In this document: piece by piece, positions 28,571 through 40,094 of the stretch
Layout: each line of letters begins with the position of its first letter
Position numbering within the stretch: the stretch's first letter is position 1
Source: Octopus bimaculoides
Lineage: Eukaryota
Length of the DNA: 64,000 nt
Direction of reading: 5' to 3'
NCBI RefSeq assembly: GCF_001194135.2
Contig: NC_068982.1
Location: 39,866,616-39,930,615 of the forward strand
The notes under the pieces: model-generated
Told to the model about the DNA's origin: nothing
The model's input: only the letters and a program-made list of their open reading frames with translations
The model's database searches: none
Translations under genes and position numbers: made by a program

Positions 28571-29469
28571 TACGTACTCACACACATATACATGCACATA
28601 TATAAATATATTAATTTATATAAATAAGGATAAGATCGTTATTTAAAAGTGACTAGCATGGTAATAAAAAACCTCACAGGTAATAATTATTATTAAAATT
28701 ATAATTAAGAGTATCTAAAAGATACCATCATGCTAGAGATAGCAGCCAAAACTTGACTCTAAAACCACATCNNNNNNNNNNNNNNNNNNNNNNNNNNNNN
28801 NNNNNNNNNNNNNNNNNNNNNNNNNNNNNNNNNNNNNNNNNNNNNNNNNNNNNNNNNNNNNNNNNNNNNNNNNNNNNNNNNNNNNNNNNNNNNNNNNNNN
28901 NNNNNNNNNNNNNNNNNNNNNNNNNNNNNNNNNNNNNNNNNNNNNNNNNNNNNNNNNNNNNNNNNNNNNNNNNNNNNNNNNNNNNNNNNNNNNNNNNNNN
29001 NNNNNNNNNNNNNNNNNNNNNNNNNNNNNNNNNNNNNNNNNNNNNNNNNNNNNNNNNNNNNNNNNNNNNNNNNNNNNNNNNNNNNNNNNNNNNNNNNNNN
29101 NNNNNNNNNNNNNNNNNNNNNNNNNNNNNNNNNNNNNNNNNNNNNNNNNNNNNNNNNNNNNNNNNNNNNNNNNNNNNNNNNNNNNNNNNNNNNNNNNNNN
29201 NNNNNNNNNNNNNNNNNNNNNNNNNNNNNNNNNNNNNNNNNNNNNNNNNNNNNNNNNNNNNNNNNNNNNNNNNNNNNNNNNNNNNNNNNNNNNNNNNNNN
29301 NNNNNNNNNNNNNNNNNNNNNNNNNNNNNNNNNNNTATATATATATATATATATACATACATATATATACATGCATATCATATATACACATGTATATATA
29401 TATATACATTTATGTATCTATATATGTGTGTGTGTATGTATGCGTGTATGAGTGTATATGTGCATATGT

Positions 29470-29852
29470 GTGGAGGCGCAATGGCCCAGTGGTTAGGGCA
29501 GTGGACTCGCAGTCGAACGATCGCGGTTTCGATTTCCAGACCGGGCGTTGTGAGTGTTTATTAAGCGAAAACACATAAAGCTCCACGAGGCTCCGGCAGG
29601 AGGGTTGTGGCTAACCCTGGTGTACTCCTTCACCACAACTTTCTCTCACTCTTCCTTCCTGTTTCTGTTGTACCTGTATTTCAAAGGGCCAGCCTTGTCA
29701 CTCTCTGTGTCACGCTGAATCTCCCCAGAACTACGTTAAGGGTACACGTGTATGTGGAGTGCTCAGCCACTTGCACGTTAATTTCATGAGCAGGCTGTTC
29801 CGTTGATCGGATCAACTGGAACCCTCGTCGTCGTAACCGACGGAGTGCCAAC
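29470..29852 (+). mobile_element. tRNA-derived SINE (family D)
   Basis: ggcccagtggttagggc (A box), ggtttcgatttccag (B box-like). Tail gtacctgtatttcaaagggcc...cgtcgtcgtaaccgacggagtgcc is shared with family C. Confidence 0.85.
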
Positions 29853-31056
29853 AGAATGTACATATGTACACATACATAGTTAAAGAGAGAGTGAGATATA
29901 ATCCATTTTGTATTGCCATTCAACTAATAAAGAAACGTGATACCCTATTCCATGCTGGCAATGATTTCAATCAATGTGAACTAAAGGTATCAATGAAGGT
30001 GGAAACGTATGGGTTAATTCTAATAACAATCTCATATAACATTTTATACATCGATTCATTCACAAAATCTGTATAATTTTAATAGAATTTAAATCTCATT
30101 TTAACTATAGTCATTGTCGCCTTTCAAACTCACCGTTATCTTATTCCCGTATGAATATTTTAATGATTATTTATTCCGTACGGGACTTAAAAGTCTTTCA
30201 GATATCAATATAATTATTTGATGTCGCCATAAAATACAACAATAGAAGAGGAATTCATTGGTTGTATCGACTGTCGCTTTTTATTTTCAATAGAATTTTT
30301 GTCATATGGGTGACTAAAAGTATGGTGTTTGAATATGTGTTATTTTATTTGATCACACAAATTTTTAAATTTCGTTTTCACATTATATACAGCATTATAT
30401 CACTAATTAATACAAGCTAAAATCATTTTTTCGATTTTCCTATGTTTCTGTAATTAATATTGTCTTCTCTCAATGTTAATGGTATTTCATTATTTCTGTT
30501 CGTCACACTGTTTCCAATCATTTTTTTCTCTCTCCAAGATCCTCTGTTTATATAATTAAACAGTTTCTTTTCTTAAATGCCCTCTTAGTCTCTTAAGATT
30601 TCATCATATGACGTTAAACAACTGATAAATTTTATCTCTCTATTGTCAGTTTCTTCTGTTTTGCATCTTATTCCTTTGCTTTTGTTTTGGCTCCTGTCTG
30701 TATTTTTGCTACAACTGTCAATCTTCGGGGAATACCAGTCAGACAATCAGTAATTACGATGGCACATTTTATGTACTGCAATGTTAATTAAAGAAGAATA
30801 AACCTAGGTCTATTCTACATCTATTGTACATAGTAATATTGTTTCGCTTACTAACACATCACTTCCCAGTATTTAAAAATGTGGCAACATGTGACATATT
30901 TTATTCGTCAGTGAAATCAGTGTGTGGCGGAAATAGTTACATTAAATCGCAACAAAGGAGTTGACATCTACGTTGCGAAAAAAAATTTTTGTAACCAATT
31001 TGAACTGATACAATAAACAGTCGTGTTGTTGTTGTTGTTGTTGCTGCTGCTGCTGC

Positions 31057-31114
<58 letters not shown>

Positions 31115-34100
31115 GCTGTTGTCGTTGTTGTTGTTGTTTAACCCCATTTCAGTTTTGATTAATTAGTCTTATGTTTATAAACGTTGTATCTTTGATCTTG
31201 TATGTCTAAGATTACATTTTTCAATATATCCATCGGTTTCTAAAATGATAAAATGTCATTTGTGAGATGTTAGTGGGAGCACTGTATAAACATCTACAGT
31301 TTTATTAATTTGTTATTCAAAATTCAATTCTTCGGAGACAACAATAATTTGTCATAAACAGGTCTTCCGCAAACATCTCACAATACACACAATAGAAATG
31401 GATATTGGCAAAGTCAACCAAGAAAATAATATGAATCACCCACTTAACAAGCGTGTTACTTTCAGATTATTATTCAAACCTTTTAGAGCAAAGTCGATCG
31501 AATGGTGATTTAATTCAGAATGGAACCAAACTATATTCCAATATAAATTATTTCTGCTCTGAGTCATTTATATTTATTATTTTTTTGTGCGGAATAACTT
31601 CCTGTTTTATCATTCTATCAGCCACTATTGATCACAGGCTAGCTGCTTCTGCTGTTCTTTGAATGATAATGGAAGAACTGTGACTGGTGAATTCGACAGC
31701 ATAGAAATTCATAGCGGTAGAGATATGTGAGTAGCTACTTAGGCACGCAGAGCGATAGGAAATTCAATTCTACAAGCAGCGTCTTATTTTCTCGGTAGTG
31801 AAGTTAGTAGTTTCATTTCAAGGATGAAAACAAGATACCATGTTTCATGGTTGTTTATTCTTTCTTCTGCACATGATTTGCCATTGTCTATCTTATTCGT
31901 TGGTGGGATTTTTATTCGAAAGGGAGACACATTTTCTTAGTTACCATTGTATAACCATACACACATTCTCCTGCAATTAGTGCTACAAGGTAACTAAAAT
32001 TAGTTACAGATCAAGGCCGGATCGTGAACACAGTTACCTTTTACTTTATGACATTTTGCTTCACCCTGCACTAGCCGATATTCTAATTATCTTTCTAGAC
32101 ATTGCAATTAAGTTAGTGTAATATCATTAAAATTATTCAACTTAATAAAGCAATGCCATGGATATATTTGTCATTGATTGTCTTTGTTGATACATGTACC
32201 TTGCAATTTACGTAATGCTTTTGTCCTGATTTACACTACAGAAGTTCATTCTTTCGCCCTGTCTTACTTCTGACTTTTCCTTCTCTATCACTCACGGAAC
32301 TATTAAAATCTCATATAGGAGACCGGATATTGAATTTTGTAAACGTAATGCTTTTACTGAGGCATTAAGAATAGCAGAAAAGAAATAACTAGGTTTCGAT
32401 CGAAGACATATCACTGAGGATCTTACGTCTATATCTCTCTGAATTTTACTGCAATAATGCTTTACTTTTTACATTGTTGATATAATCTTCGTAATAGGCA
32501 ACAGAGTACCTTCGTAACAGAATACATTTACTTCTCCAAGCATTTAATGCGTACACTTAGTCAAATTACAACAGAAATATTTCCATCTGTCGAATTTATG
32601 CTGTCAAGGCAAGATTTAGCTTTCTCAAGTACTGTACGAATGTTTCGGTTTTATCATGCTGAAATATCTTACCAAAGGGTTCTACTTATATACGATTACA
32701 CTTGATTTTCAGTGGTAGTTATTTAACAGAAATTTACAATATTATTATTAACTCGCTAGTTTTTGTCGAACGGCAGTATAATGTTATCAATATTTCTATC
32801 TTCAAATTTATTTCATAAACTATAACAGCCTACTTGTTATCATTTTCCCAATATCAGAGAAAAATTGTTTCTTTAATTTTAATTCTTGTTTAGTTCGTTT
32901 TCATATTTTCTGAGAAATTAATCTATTTCTTGATTTTCTTTTCCGTTCGGAATGGAAATTTTGATTAGTTTTTCTGCACAGCAGATTCTTATATCTTTTT
33001 TTTATTTTCATTTTCTGTCCTCTGTTTATTTATTTAGTTTGTTTTTCCGATCTTTTGTAACATTTTCCATCAATGCTCTTTTATAAACATCTAATTTTTT
33101 GTTATCTTGCCCGTTTTTCGTTCTAGTTATCCAATATACACTCCTATCTTTCTGCAGCGAGCAAGTTCAATGGGAGATATTTTATAAAAAGTGCGGAAAA
33201 TAATTAATTCTATCATTAACAAAAACAAAAATAATAAACATTGAACTTTCCCCCATCATACACTACGGATATCGTGAACGAATTTCATATGAACATATCG
33301 TTTCTTTTTATTAAGTATTGCTTAAACGTCTTAGGTCTCGTCAACAGCAATATTATCTTCATCATGATGGTCGTCATCGTCGGCACCGCCGTTGCTATCA
33401 TCTTAGTGACTTGATCGTCCCCAACATTATTATCAATTCCGGTAAAAATACGAACAGGCTTTTTATTCTCATCTTAATAATTTTTCCTCCTCCAATACTT
33501 CCTTTTCTCAGTTAACATTACAATTAGCGTCGACATCGGTGCTACCACCACCATCATCACCACCACCACCATCATCACCACCACCACATCACCGCCACCA
33601 CAAACACCAGCACCACCACCACCACCATCATCATCATCATCTTCAGTAGCGACAACATTATCAACATAATCATTGCTAACAACCTTATCGACTTCGCTCA
33701 CCTTATCATCTTCATCATCATATTATCAATAACATTATCATCATCTTCATTGGGAGCATGCTCACTTCAATTTTTCTTTTCAAATTCAAATATCTCACAA
33801 TATTATGAAGCAGCAGCCTGTATCGTAGAAGTTGTAATAAACCCTTTCCATTTTTATTTGACGTAAACTCAATGTAATTCGGTTAATAACTACATTGAAA
33901 AAGGCAAAATTTCTTAGTATCCTAGAAAACTCTTTTTACCTAAAATATAAGATACGGAGACAAGCTAAGAGAAACCAAATTTTATGCATTTGAGGATATA
34001 TTTCCTTCGTTTGAGATACCAATTTACCTTCCATTGGCGGATATACATAAAACTGCCGCAGCATGGTCGATGTGATGTAACTCAATATAGGAAATATGTA

Positions 34101-35212
34101 TTTCATATACCTCTGAGTGAAAAGTGCTAAATCCATGAATTATGAGTCATGTGAAAATGGTTATAGCACCCTGCTTTCATTTTAATAATATATAGATAGA
34201 TAGATAGATAGATAGAGAGAAAGAGAGGGGGAGAGAGAGACATAGATATATACATATACACACACATATACATAAATACCTATACATATATATATATATT
34301 ACATACATACATATATGTATGCATATGATATATATATATATATATATATATANNNNNNNNNNNNNNNNNNNNNNNNNNNNNNNNNNNNNNNNNNNNNNNN
34401 NNNNNNNNNNNNNNNNNNNNNNNNNNNNNNNNNNNNNNNNNNNNNNNNNNNNNNNNNNNNNNNNNNNNNNNNNNNNNNNNNNNNNNNNNNNNNNNNNNNN
34501 NNNNNNNNNNNNNNNNNNNNNNNNNNNNNNNNNNNNNNNNNNNNNNNNNNNNNNNNNNNNNNNNNNNNNNNNNNNNNNNNNNNNNNNNNNNNNNNNNNNN
34601 NNNNNNNNNNNNNNNNNNNNNNNNNNNNNNNNNNNNNNNNNNNNNNNNNNNNNNNNNNNNNNNNNNNNNNNNNNNNNNNNNNNNNNNNNNNNNNNNNNNN
34701 NNNNNNNNNNNNNNNNNNNNNNNNNNNNNNNNNNNNNNNNNNNNNNNNNNNNNNNNNNNNNNNNNNNNNNNNNNNNNNNNNNNNNNNNNNNNNNNNNNNN
34801 NNNNNNNNNNNNNNNNNNNNNNNNNNNNNNNNNNNNNNNNNNNNNNNNNNNNNNNNNNNNNNNNNNNNNNNNNNNNNNNNNNNNNNNNNNNNNNNNNNNN
34901 NNNNNNNNNNNNNNNNNNNNNNNNNNNNNNNNNNNNNNNNNNNNNNNNNNNNNNNNNNNNNNNNNNNNNNNNNNNNNNNNNNNNNNNNNNNNNNNNNNNN
35001 NNNNNNNNNNNNNNNNNNNNNNNNNNNNNNNNNNNNNNNNNNNNNNNNNNNNNNNNNNNNNNNNNNNNNNNNNNNNNNNNNNNNNNNNNNNNNNNNNNNN
35101 NNNNNNNNNNNNNNNNNNNNNNNNNNNNNNNNNNNNNNNNNNNNNNNNNNNNNNNNNNNNNNNNNNNNNNNNNNNNNNNNNNNNNNNNNNNNNNNNNNNN
35201 NNNNNNNNNNNN

Positions 35213-35433
35213 TATTAAGACCGAAATTGTTCTCAACATGAAATATAGCAGCATACCAAAAACGTGAGCGGGCAAGACATTTAAAATCACCTAAAAAATC
35301 ATTATTAAACAGGGACTAGTTTCGGATTTAACAAATTCTTACCATTTGTCTATTCCTCATCAGCCTGATTTGTAATGTACCGCAATCATCAATGCTGCTA
35401 TATTTCATGTTGAGAACAATTTCGGTCTTAATA
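35213..35433. repeat. Perfect 42-bp inverted repeat enclosing a hammerhead
   Basis: tattaagaccgaaattgttctcaacatgaaatatagcagcat (35213-35254) is the exact reverse complement of 35392-35433. The left arm abuts an N gap. Confidence 0.9.
35300..35377 (-). ncRNA. Type I hammerhead ribozyme, canonical core, GUC site
   Basis: Minus strand: cagg CUGAUGA gga [acaaau/auuugu hairpin] ucc GAA acuagu C ccug. Palindromic ACUAGU stem III; stem I extends by cauua/uaaug. Confidence 0.8.
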
Positions 35434-35466
35434 GACACAAGATGTGATCTATTTCTAGCGCATTAA

Positions 35467-35497
<31 letters not shown>

Positions 35498-35498
35498 C

Positions 35499-35561
<63 letters not shown>

Positions 35562-35585
35562 TAGATATATATCATATATATATAT

Positions 35586-35900
35586 ATACAGGGTTATTCA
35601 AGAAGAATGAACCGATTTCATTACGCAAAGTTTTAATAAGGAAACTCCAGTTAAGTCAGAAGTATTTACTCACAATCAATTTTCATTTCCTGTGTTACAA
35701 GTGTTCAATGTGGCCGCCACACGCGGCACGGGTAGCATCAATGCAATGCGACAATTCCTCCCAGACGCGTATAGGCATGTCACGATCCACTGAGTTGGTT
35801 ACAGTTGTTATTCGATGTTTAATATCATGAATCTGGCTAACGATTATCTCCCCTCGCAAATACTAATCGGACACAGACAGTGTGTCGTTAGGCAACAGGA
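35586..35900 (-). pseudogene. Tc1/mariner-superfamily 3' end (transposase C-terminus plus TIR)
   Basis: Minus translation IKHRITTVTNSVDRDMPIRVWEELSHCIDATRAACGGHIEHL* shows the GGHIEHL C-terminus. Terminal TA-cagggttattcaagaagaatgaaccg. Confidence 0.75.
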
Positions 35901-35989
35901 GGAGATGTCCTCCTGTGGCATCATCCTCTATGGGACCACCACATCTATTTCACAATCATATTTTACGAATATATATATTCTTTAATACT

Positions 35990-36283
35990 TTTATTGTTCC
36001 ACTTGTTTCAGTCATTTGACTGCAACAATGCTGGAGCACCGACTTTAGTCGAGCAAATCGACCCCAGGACTTATTCTTGGTATGCCTAGCGCTTATTCTA
36101 TCAGTCATTTTTGCTGAACCGTCTACCAGGTCCCGTCTAGCAAATCCACGTAATAGGCTTAGGTCGGCCCGAAGCTATAGTAGAAGACGGTCTCCCGAGG
36201 TGCCACGTAGTGGGACTGAACCCAGATCCATGTGGTTAGGAAGCGAGTTACTTACCACACACCCACTCCTGCACTGCACCTAT
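35990..36283 (-). mobile_element. SINE family A with internal deletion
   Basis: Head and tail match 345-731, but the central microsatellite-bearing segment is missing. Confidence 0.85.
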
Positions 36284-36517
36284 AAATNNNNNNNNNNNNN
36301 NNNNNNNNNNNNNNNNNNNNNNNNNNNNNNNNNNNNNNNNNNNNNNNNNNNNNNNNNNNNNNNNNNNNNNNNNNNNNNNNNNNNNNNNNNNNNNNNNNNN
36401 NNNNNNNNNNNNNNNNNNNNNNNNNNNNNNNNNNNNNNNNNNNNNNNNNNNNNNNNNNNNNNNNNNNNNNNNNNNNNNNNNGCAACTCTTAAAGCCAACC
36501 CCTTAAAAACAGATTGA

Positions 36518-36578
36518 ATTATAGATCATGATTTCGTAGTTATTCTAGTATTATACAACCTCTACTCGTCAGTATAAT
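36518..36578 (-). ncRNA. Type I hammerhead ribozyme (tandem copy 1)
   Basis: Minus strand: auuaua CUGACGA guag [22-nt loop] cuac GAA aucaugau C uauaau. 6-bp stem I, 4-bp stem II, palindromic AUCAUGAU stem III. Predicted cleavage between 36524 and 36523. Confidence 0.85.
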
Positions 36579-36988
36579 ATGGTCAAGAAAAATAGCAGTA
36601 AACAGAGAATCAACATACCAAACTAACACCGTGTATCCATTATAGTATATAGAAGACTGTTCATCGCTATTTCCCTATGTAGGTGGCGGGAATTTCGAAT
36701 TGCATCTCGGTAAATGTGCTTTTTTCTCAGAATAAATTCAGCACTGAATATATTCTGGTAATATATTTAAATTCAATAATAGGACGAATTCTTTTACAAG
36801 AATTTATCAAGTAGCTAGCGTGAAAAAAACCTCATAAGGGAAAAAATTCCATCACTTATTCACGAAATATATATTTATATTTATATAAGGGCATGAGGGA
36901 CTCTAAGGTCAGACTACCATAAAAACCACATTTTTACCGAACGCGAGGAAATGCAACTCTCAAAGTCAACCCCTTAAAAACAGACTGA

Positions 36989-37049
36989 ATTATAGATCAT
37001 GATTTCGTAGTTATTCTAGTATTATACAACCTCTACTCGTCAGTATAAT
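36989..37049 (-). ncRNA. Type I hammerhead ribozyme (tandem copy 2)
   Basis: Identical to 36518-36578 and exactly 471 bp away. Predicted cleavage between 36995 and 36994. Confidence 0.85.
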
Positions 37050-37493
37050 ATGGTCAAGAAAAATAGCAGTAAACAGAGAATCAACATACCAAACNNNNNN
37101 NNNNNNNNNNNNNNNNNNNNNNNNNNNNNNNNNNNNNNNNNNNNNNNNNNNNNNNNNNNNNNNNNNNNNNNNNNNNNNNNNNNNNNNNNNNNNNNNNNNN
37201 NNNNNNNNNNNNNNNNNNNNNNNNNNNNNNNNNNNNNNNNNNNNNNNNNNNNNNNNNNNNNNNNNNNNNNNNNNNNNNNNNNNNNNNNNNNNNNNNNNNN
37301 NNNNNNNNNNNNNNNNNNNNNNNNNNNNNNNNNNNNNNNNNNNNNNNNNNNNNNNNNNNNNNNNNNNNNNNNNNNNNNNNNNNNNNNNNNNNNNNNNNNN
37401 NNNNNNNNNNNNNNNNNNNNNNNNNNNNNNNNNNNNNNNNNNNNNNNNNNNNNNNNNNNNNNNNNNNNNNNNNNNNNNNNNNNNNNNNNNNNN

Positions 37494-37557
<64 letters not shown>

Positions 37558-37719
37558 GATAGATAAATACGCAAATATAAATATATACATATATATATAT
37601 TTATATTGATTACAGGTGTACAGAAACAGCTGCCAACTCTAACTAGATACATATCGGCTCATGCAGCACCACCTCCAAAGCTAGAAAGAGCAACCACTAC
37701 TCCAGTTTTAAGTCCCACA

Positions 37720-37935
37720 CAAAATCTTACAGTACATCGTTATTCAACTCCTTACACTCTCAAGTGGTCCATACTCACCCACAACAAACCATACAACAGC
37801 TACAATCACAAGTGTGATCTCTGCATAGCCGAGGTCTTAGATATTTTGCAATCCACAGATTGTCTTAATGAATGTAGCTGTATAATTTTTAACTGCAAAT
37901 ATCGATCACTAAATCTAATCTCAAAATACAAATAA
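37720..37935 (+). pseudogene. Penelope-like element endonuclease C-terminal remnant
   Basis: ORF 37606-37935 ends YTLKWSILTHNKPYNSYNHKCDLCIAEVLDILQSTDCLNECSCIIFNCKYR, matching the PLE I.W.IL...PY.....C.LC..E....LN...E....C.H tail. Confidence 0.7.
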
Positions 37936-38442
37936 CAACAGTCCCACCTCACTTTTTTCCCCATAATCTGATAAATTTCTCCTCTTATTTACCTTTACTC
38001 ACCCTACATATTAAACCAACAGTATATCTTCCATTTAATTCCTGATTGTCATTTACATACTTCTCTCCGTATCTTTCCTTAACATTTATAAAATAATTTT
38101 TCTCTTATTTCCTCCTTTAATTCCTTATTGTCATTTACATACTTCCCTCTTTATCGTTCCATACCATTTTTCCTCTTAGTTCACTTTCCGCTCTCCTCCT
38201 ACCCTGTCTACTTTGTAAACTTACAAGTATATACGCAAGCATACACCTTTACTATTTCTTACTGTAAACACGCTCACTGCACACAATATACACTCCTTAA
38301 TTGAACGCTAGTAGTAACCGCCACGATTCTTGCCCATTCTCTCTTGCTTTCATCAGGCATAATTTTTCTCCCCGTTGACCAAAAATATTTGCCTACTCTC
38401 TCCCCTGCACATTATCTTTTTTTCAAATACCACTCCTCTTAC

Positions 38443-39020
38443 TAATTTTTGAATAATGAGGCTTCTTTACTCAGTCTTACTTGTTGTGAGGTCTAGAAAG
38501 CAAGTTGATAAAATGAGAAAATTACAAATTGTGGTTGTAATCGTTCAATGTGTTGACTGAAGAGCAGCAAACAACCTAAGACATTAAAGAAGATCCTCAC
38601 TAGTGCCAAATTATTCTCTAGAACAACGGACGCAAGAATCGAAAAGTGTAGTCGCCCTAATTGCGGAACATATCCCAATCTTTTGGAAGGATCGGAATTC
38701 CATTTCAGACAAGGGCAAAAATTCAAAATCAAATCTAACTTCACTTGCGCCTCTTAAGAACTTATTCACGTAATCAGATGCTCGGGATGCCATAGAAACT
38801 ATATTTAATTCGACAGGAATGCCGATCAGACTGAGATGTACGGTCTACAGACTTACAATATCCTCCCTAAAATATCGCAAAATATATTTCAGTCAATACA
38901 TTCATGAATGTGCAGAACGATTACAACTACAAGTCATGATTTTCCCTTTTATCAACTTGCTTTCTGTTCCTCGCAAGTAAGACTGAATAAAGAGTCTCAT
39001 TTATTCAAAAATATAAACCA
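38443..39020. repeat. Inverted duplication (about 120-bp arms) around the PLE remnant
   Basis: atttttgaataatgaggcttctttactcagtcttacttg...gaaagcaagttgataaaa...gtaatcgttc at 38443-38546 is the reverse complement of about 38912-39012. Confidence 0.8.
38569..38870 (+). pseudogene. Penelope-like linker plus GIY-YIG endonuclease remnant
   Basis: KQPKTLKKILTSAK...KCSRPNCGTYPNL...FKIKSNFTCAS*ELIHVIRCSGCHRNYI*..TGMPIRLR shows the PLE Cys linker followed by a degenerate LIY...C..C...YIGQTG. Confidence 0.8.
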
Positions 39021-39487
39021 GAATTAAATATGAGCCCGTGTTAACAATAAAAAACTTACTTATTGTAAGATATAAGCCAAAATACAGTATGGACCAAGAA
39101 TAAAAATTGCAGATTTATCTCACCTTTGCTGTAAAATACATGAATGAACAATTATCTCCCCTGTCAATATATCCATTTCTTAGCTTGATGAACGATACAA
39201 AACCGGTTCGTACTTTAATTATGGTGAAAGAACAAATTCATAATTTGTACAAAATTGTATATCTTTATTATTATGACTCTAATATACTCCTTAATCCGGT
39301 AAAACAAATCTTCTGTGTTTTTTCATCTTTTCGCTTTCTGTATATATCCAACGACGTGTATTCCCCCACTAAAATATCTTCTACCTAATATATATATATA
39401 TATATATGACGTCAGTAAAATATAAATCCGAAATAGAAGCACACTATAAGTTGTAGAGTAGTATATTATCAAGGTAAAGTTAGATAA

Positions 39488-39572
39488 GGCCGGTTTATAG
39501 GATTACTCTGTGTTTCATGTCCATAAAGCGCTTAGTTTTACAGCTTATCATCAGATCCCAAACCTGCTGGCC
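39488..39572 (-). ncRNA. Type I hammerhead ribozyme, extended bulged stem I (left copy)
   Basis: Minus strand: ggcc..gguuug ggau CUGAUGA u aag cuguaaaac uaagc gcuuuaugg a cau GAA ac acaga gu A aucc ua uaaacc ggcc. GUA site. Confidence 0.65.
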
Positions 39573-39990
39573 TGCGGCCTCTCTAGAAAATTGAGGAGGA
39601 AAATACTTCGTTAGACTATGTCAACGACAGGGGATTGTCTGACTCTGGCTGTCAATCGTAAATGACCCTGTTATCGTATGGGTCTCAGTAGGCCAGCAAG
39701 AATCTAGGCCCCTACAAAGACAGGACGAGGCGTTGTAAACTGTGCATAGTTGAACGGGCGAGGATATTAAAGGACACTCTCGACCCGGGAAACATCCTTA
39801 ACTGCAGAAATGAGGTCTTTGGACCATGCTTGCACTTCAGGAAATTCCTTCTGGTCTACTGCGACCCACATAATAACAGAGCCACTTACGGTCGACAGCC
39901 AAAGAGAGTTAATCCCTGCTGTTGACATAGAATAACGAAGTCTTATCACCCTCTATTTTCTAGAGAGGCCACTTGTTAGAGAGGCCATTA

Positions 39991-40075
39991 GGCCAACAGG
40001 TTTAGGATCTGATGATATGCTGTAAAGCTAAGCGCTTTATGGAAGTGAAATCTAGGGTAATCCCATAAACCAGCC
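39991..40075 (+). ncRNA. Type I hammerhead ribozyme, extended bulged stem I (right copy)
   Basis: gguuua ggau CUGAUGA u aug cuguaaagc uaagc gcuuuaugg a agu GAA auc uag ggu A aucc ca uaaacc. GUA site; predicted cleavage after 40059. Confidence 0.65.
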
Positions 40076-40094
40076 TTTTCTAACTTTACCTTTA

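Larger units (their letters stand above)
36482..37094 (-). repeat. 471-bp tandem repeat (at least 1.3 units) carrying a hammerhead in each unit; retrozyme/pLTR-like
   Basis: 36482-36623 recurs at 36953-37094 with 3 substitutions. N gaps lie on both sides. No ORF in the unit. Confidence 0.85.

Noticed and set aside
27480-29545. tRNA genes at SINE heads
   Set aside because: The A/B boxes run into SINE bodies and tails, and no complete cloverleaf is evident.
31628-31730. Plus-strand candidate exon ending at a strong gtgagt donor (ASCFCCSLNDNGRTVTGEFDSIEIHSGRD)
   Set aside because: The acceptor is weak, there is no recognisable homology and no compatible partner exon was identified.
32388-32430. 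actaggtttcgatc...ctgagga resembling a PLE ribozyme end
   Set aside because: The core halves are on opposite strands or mutated, and no consistent fold exists.
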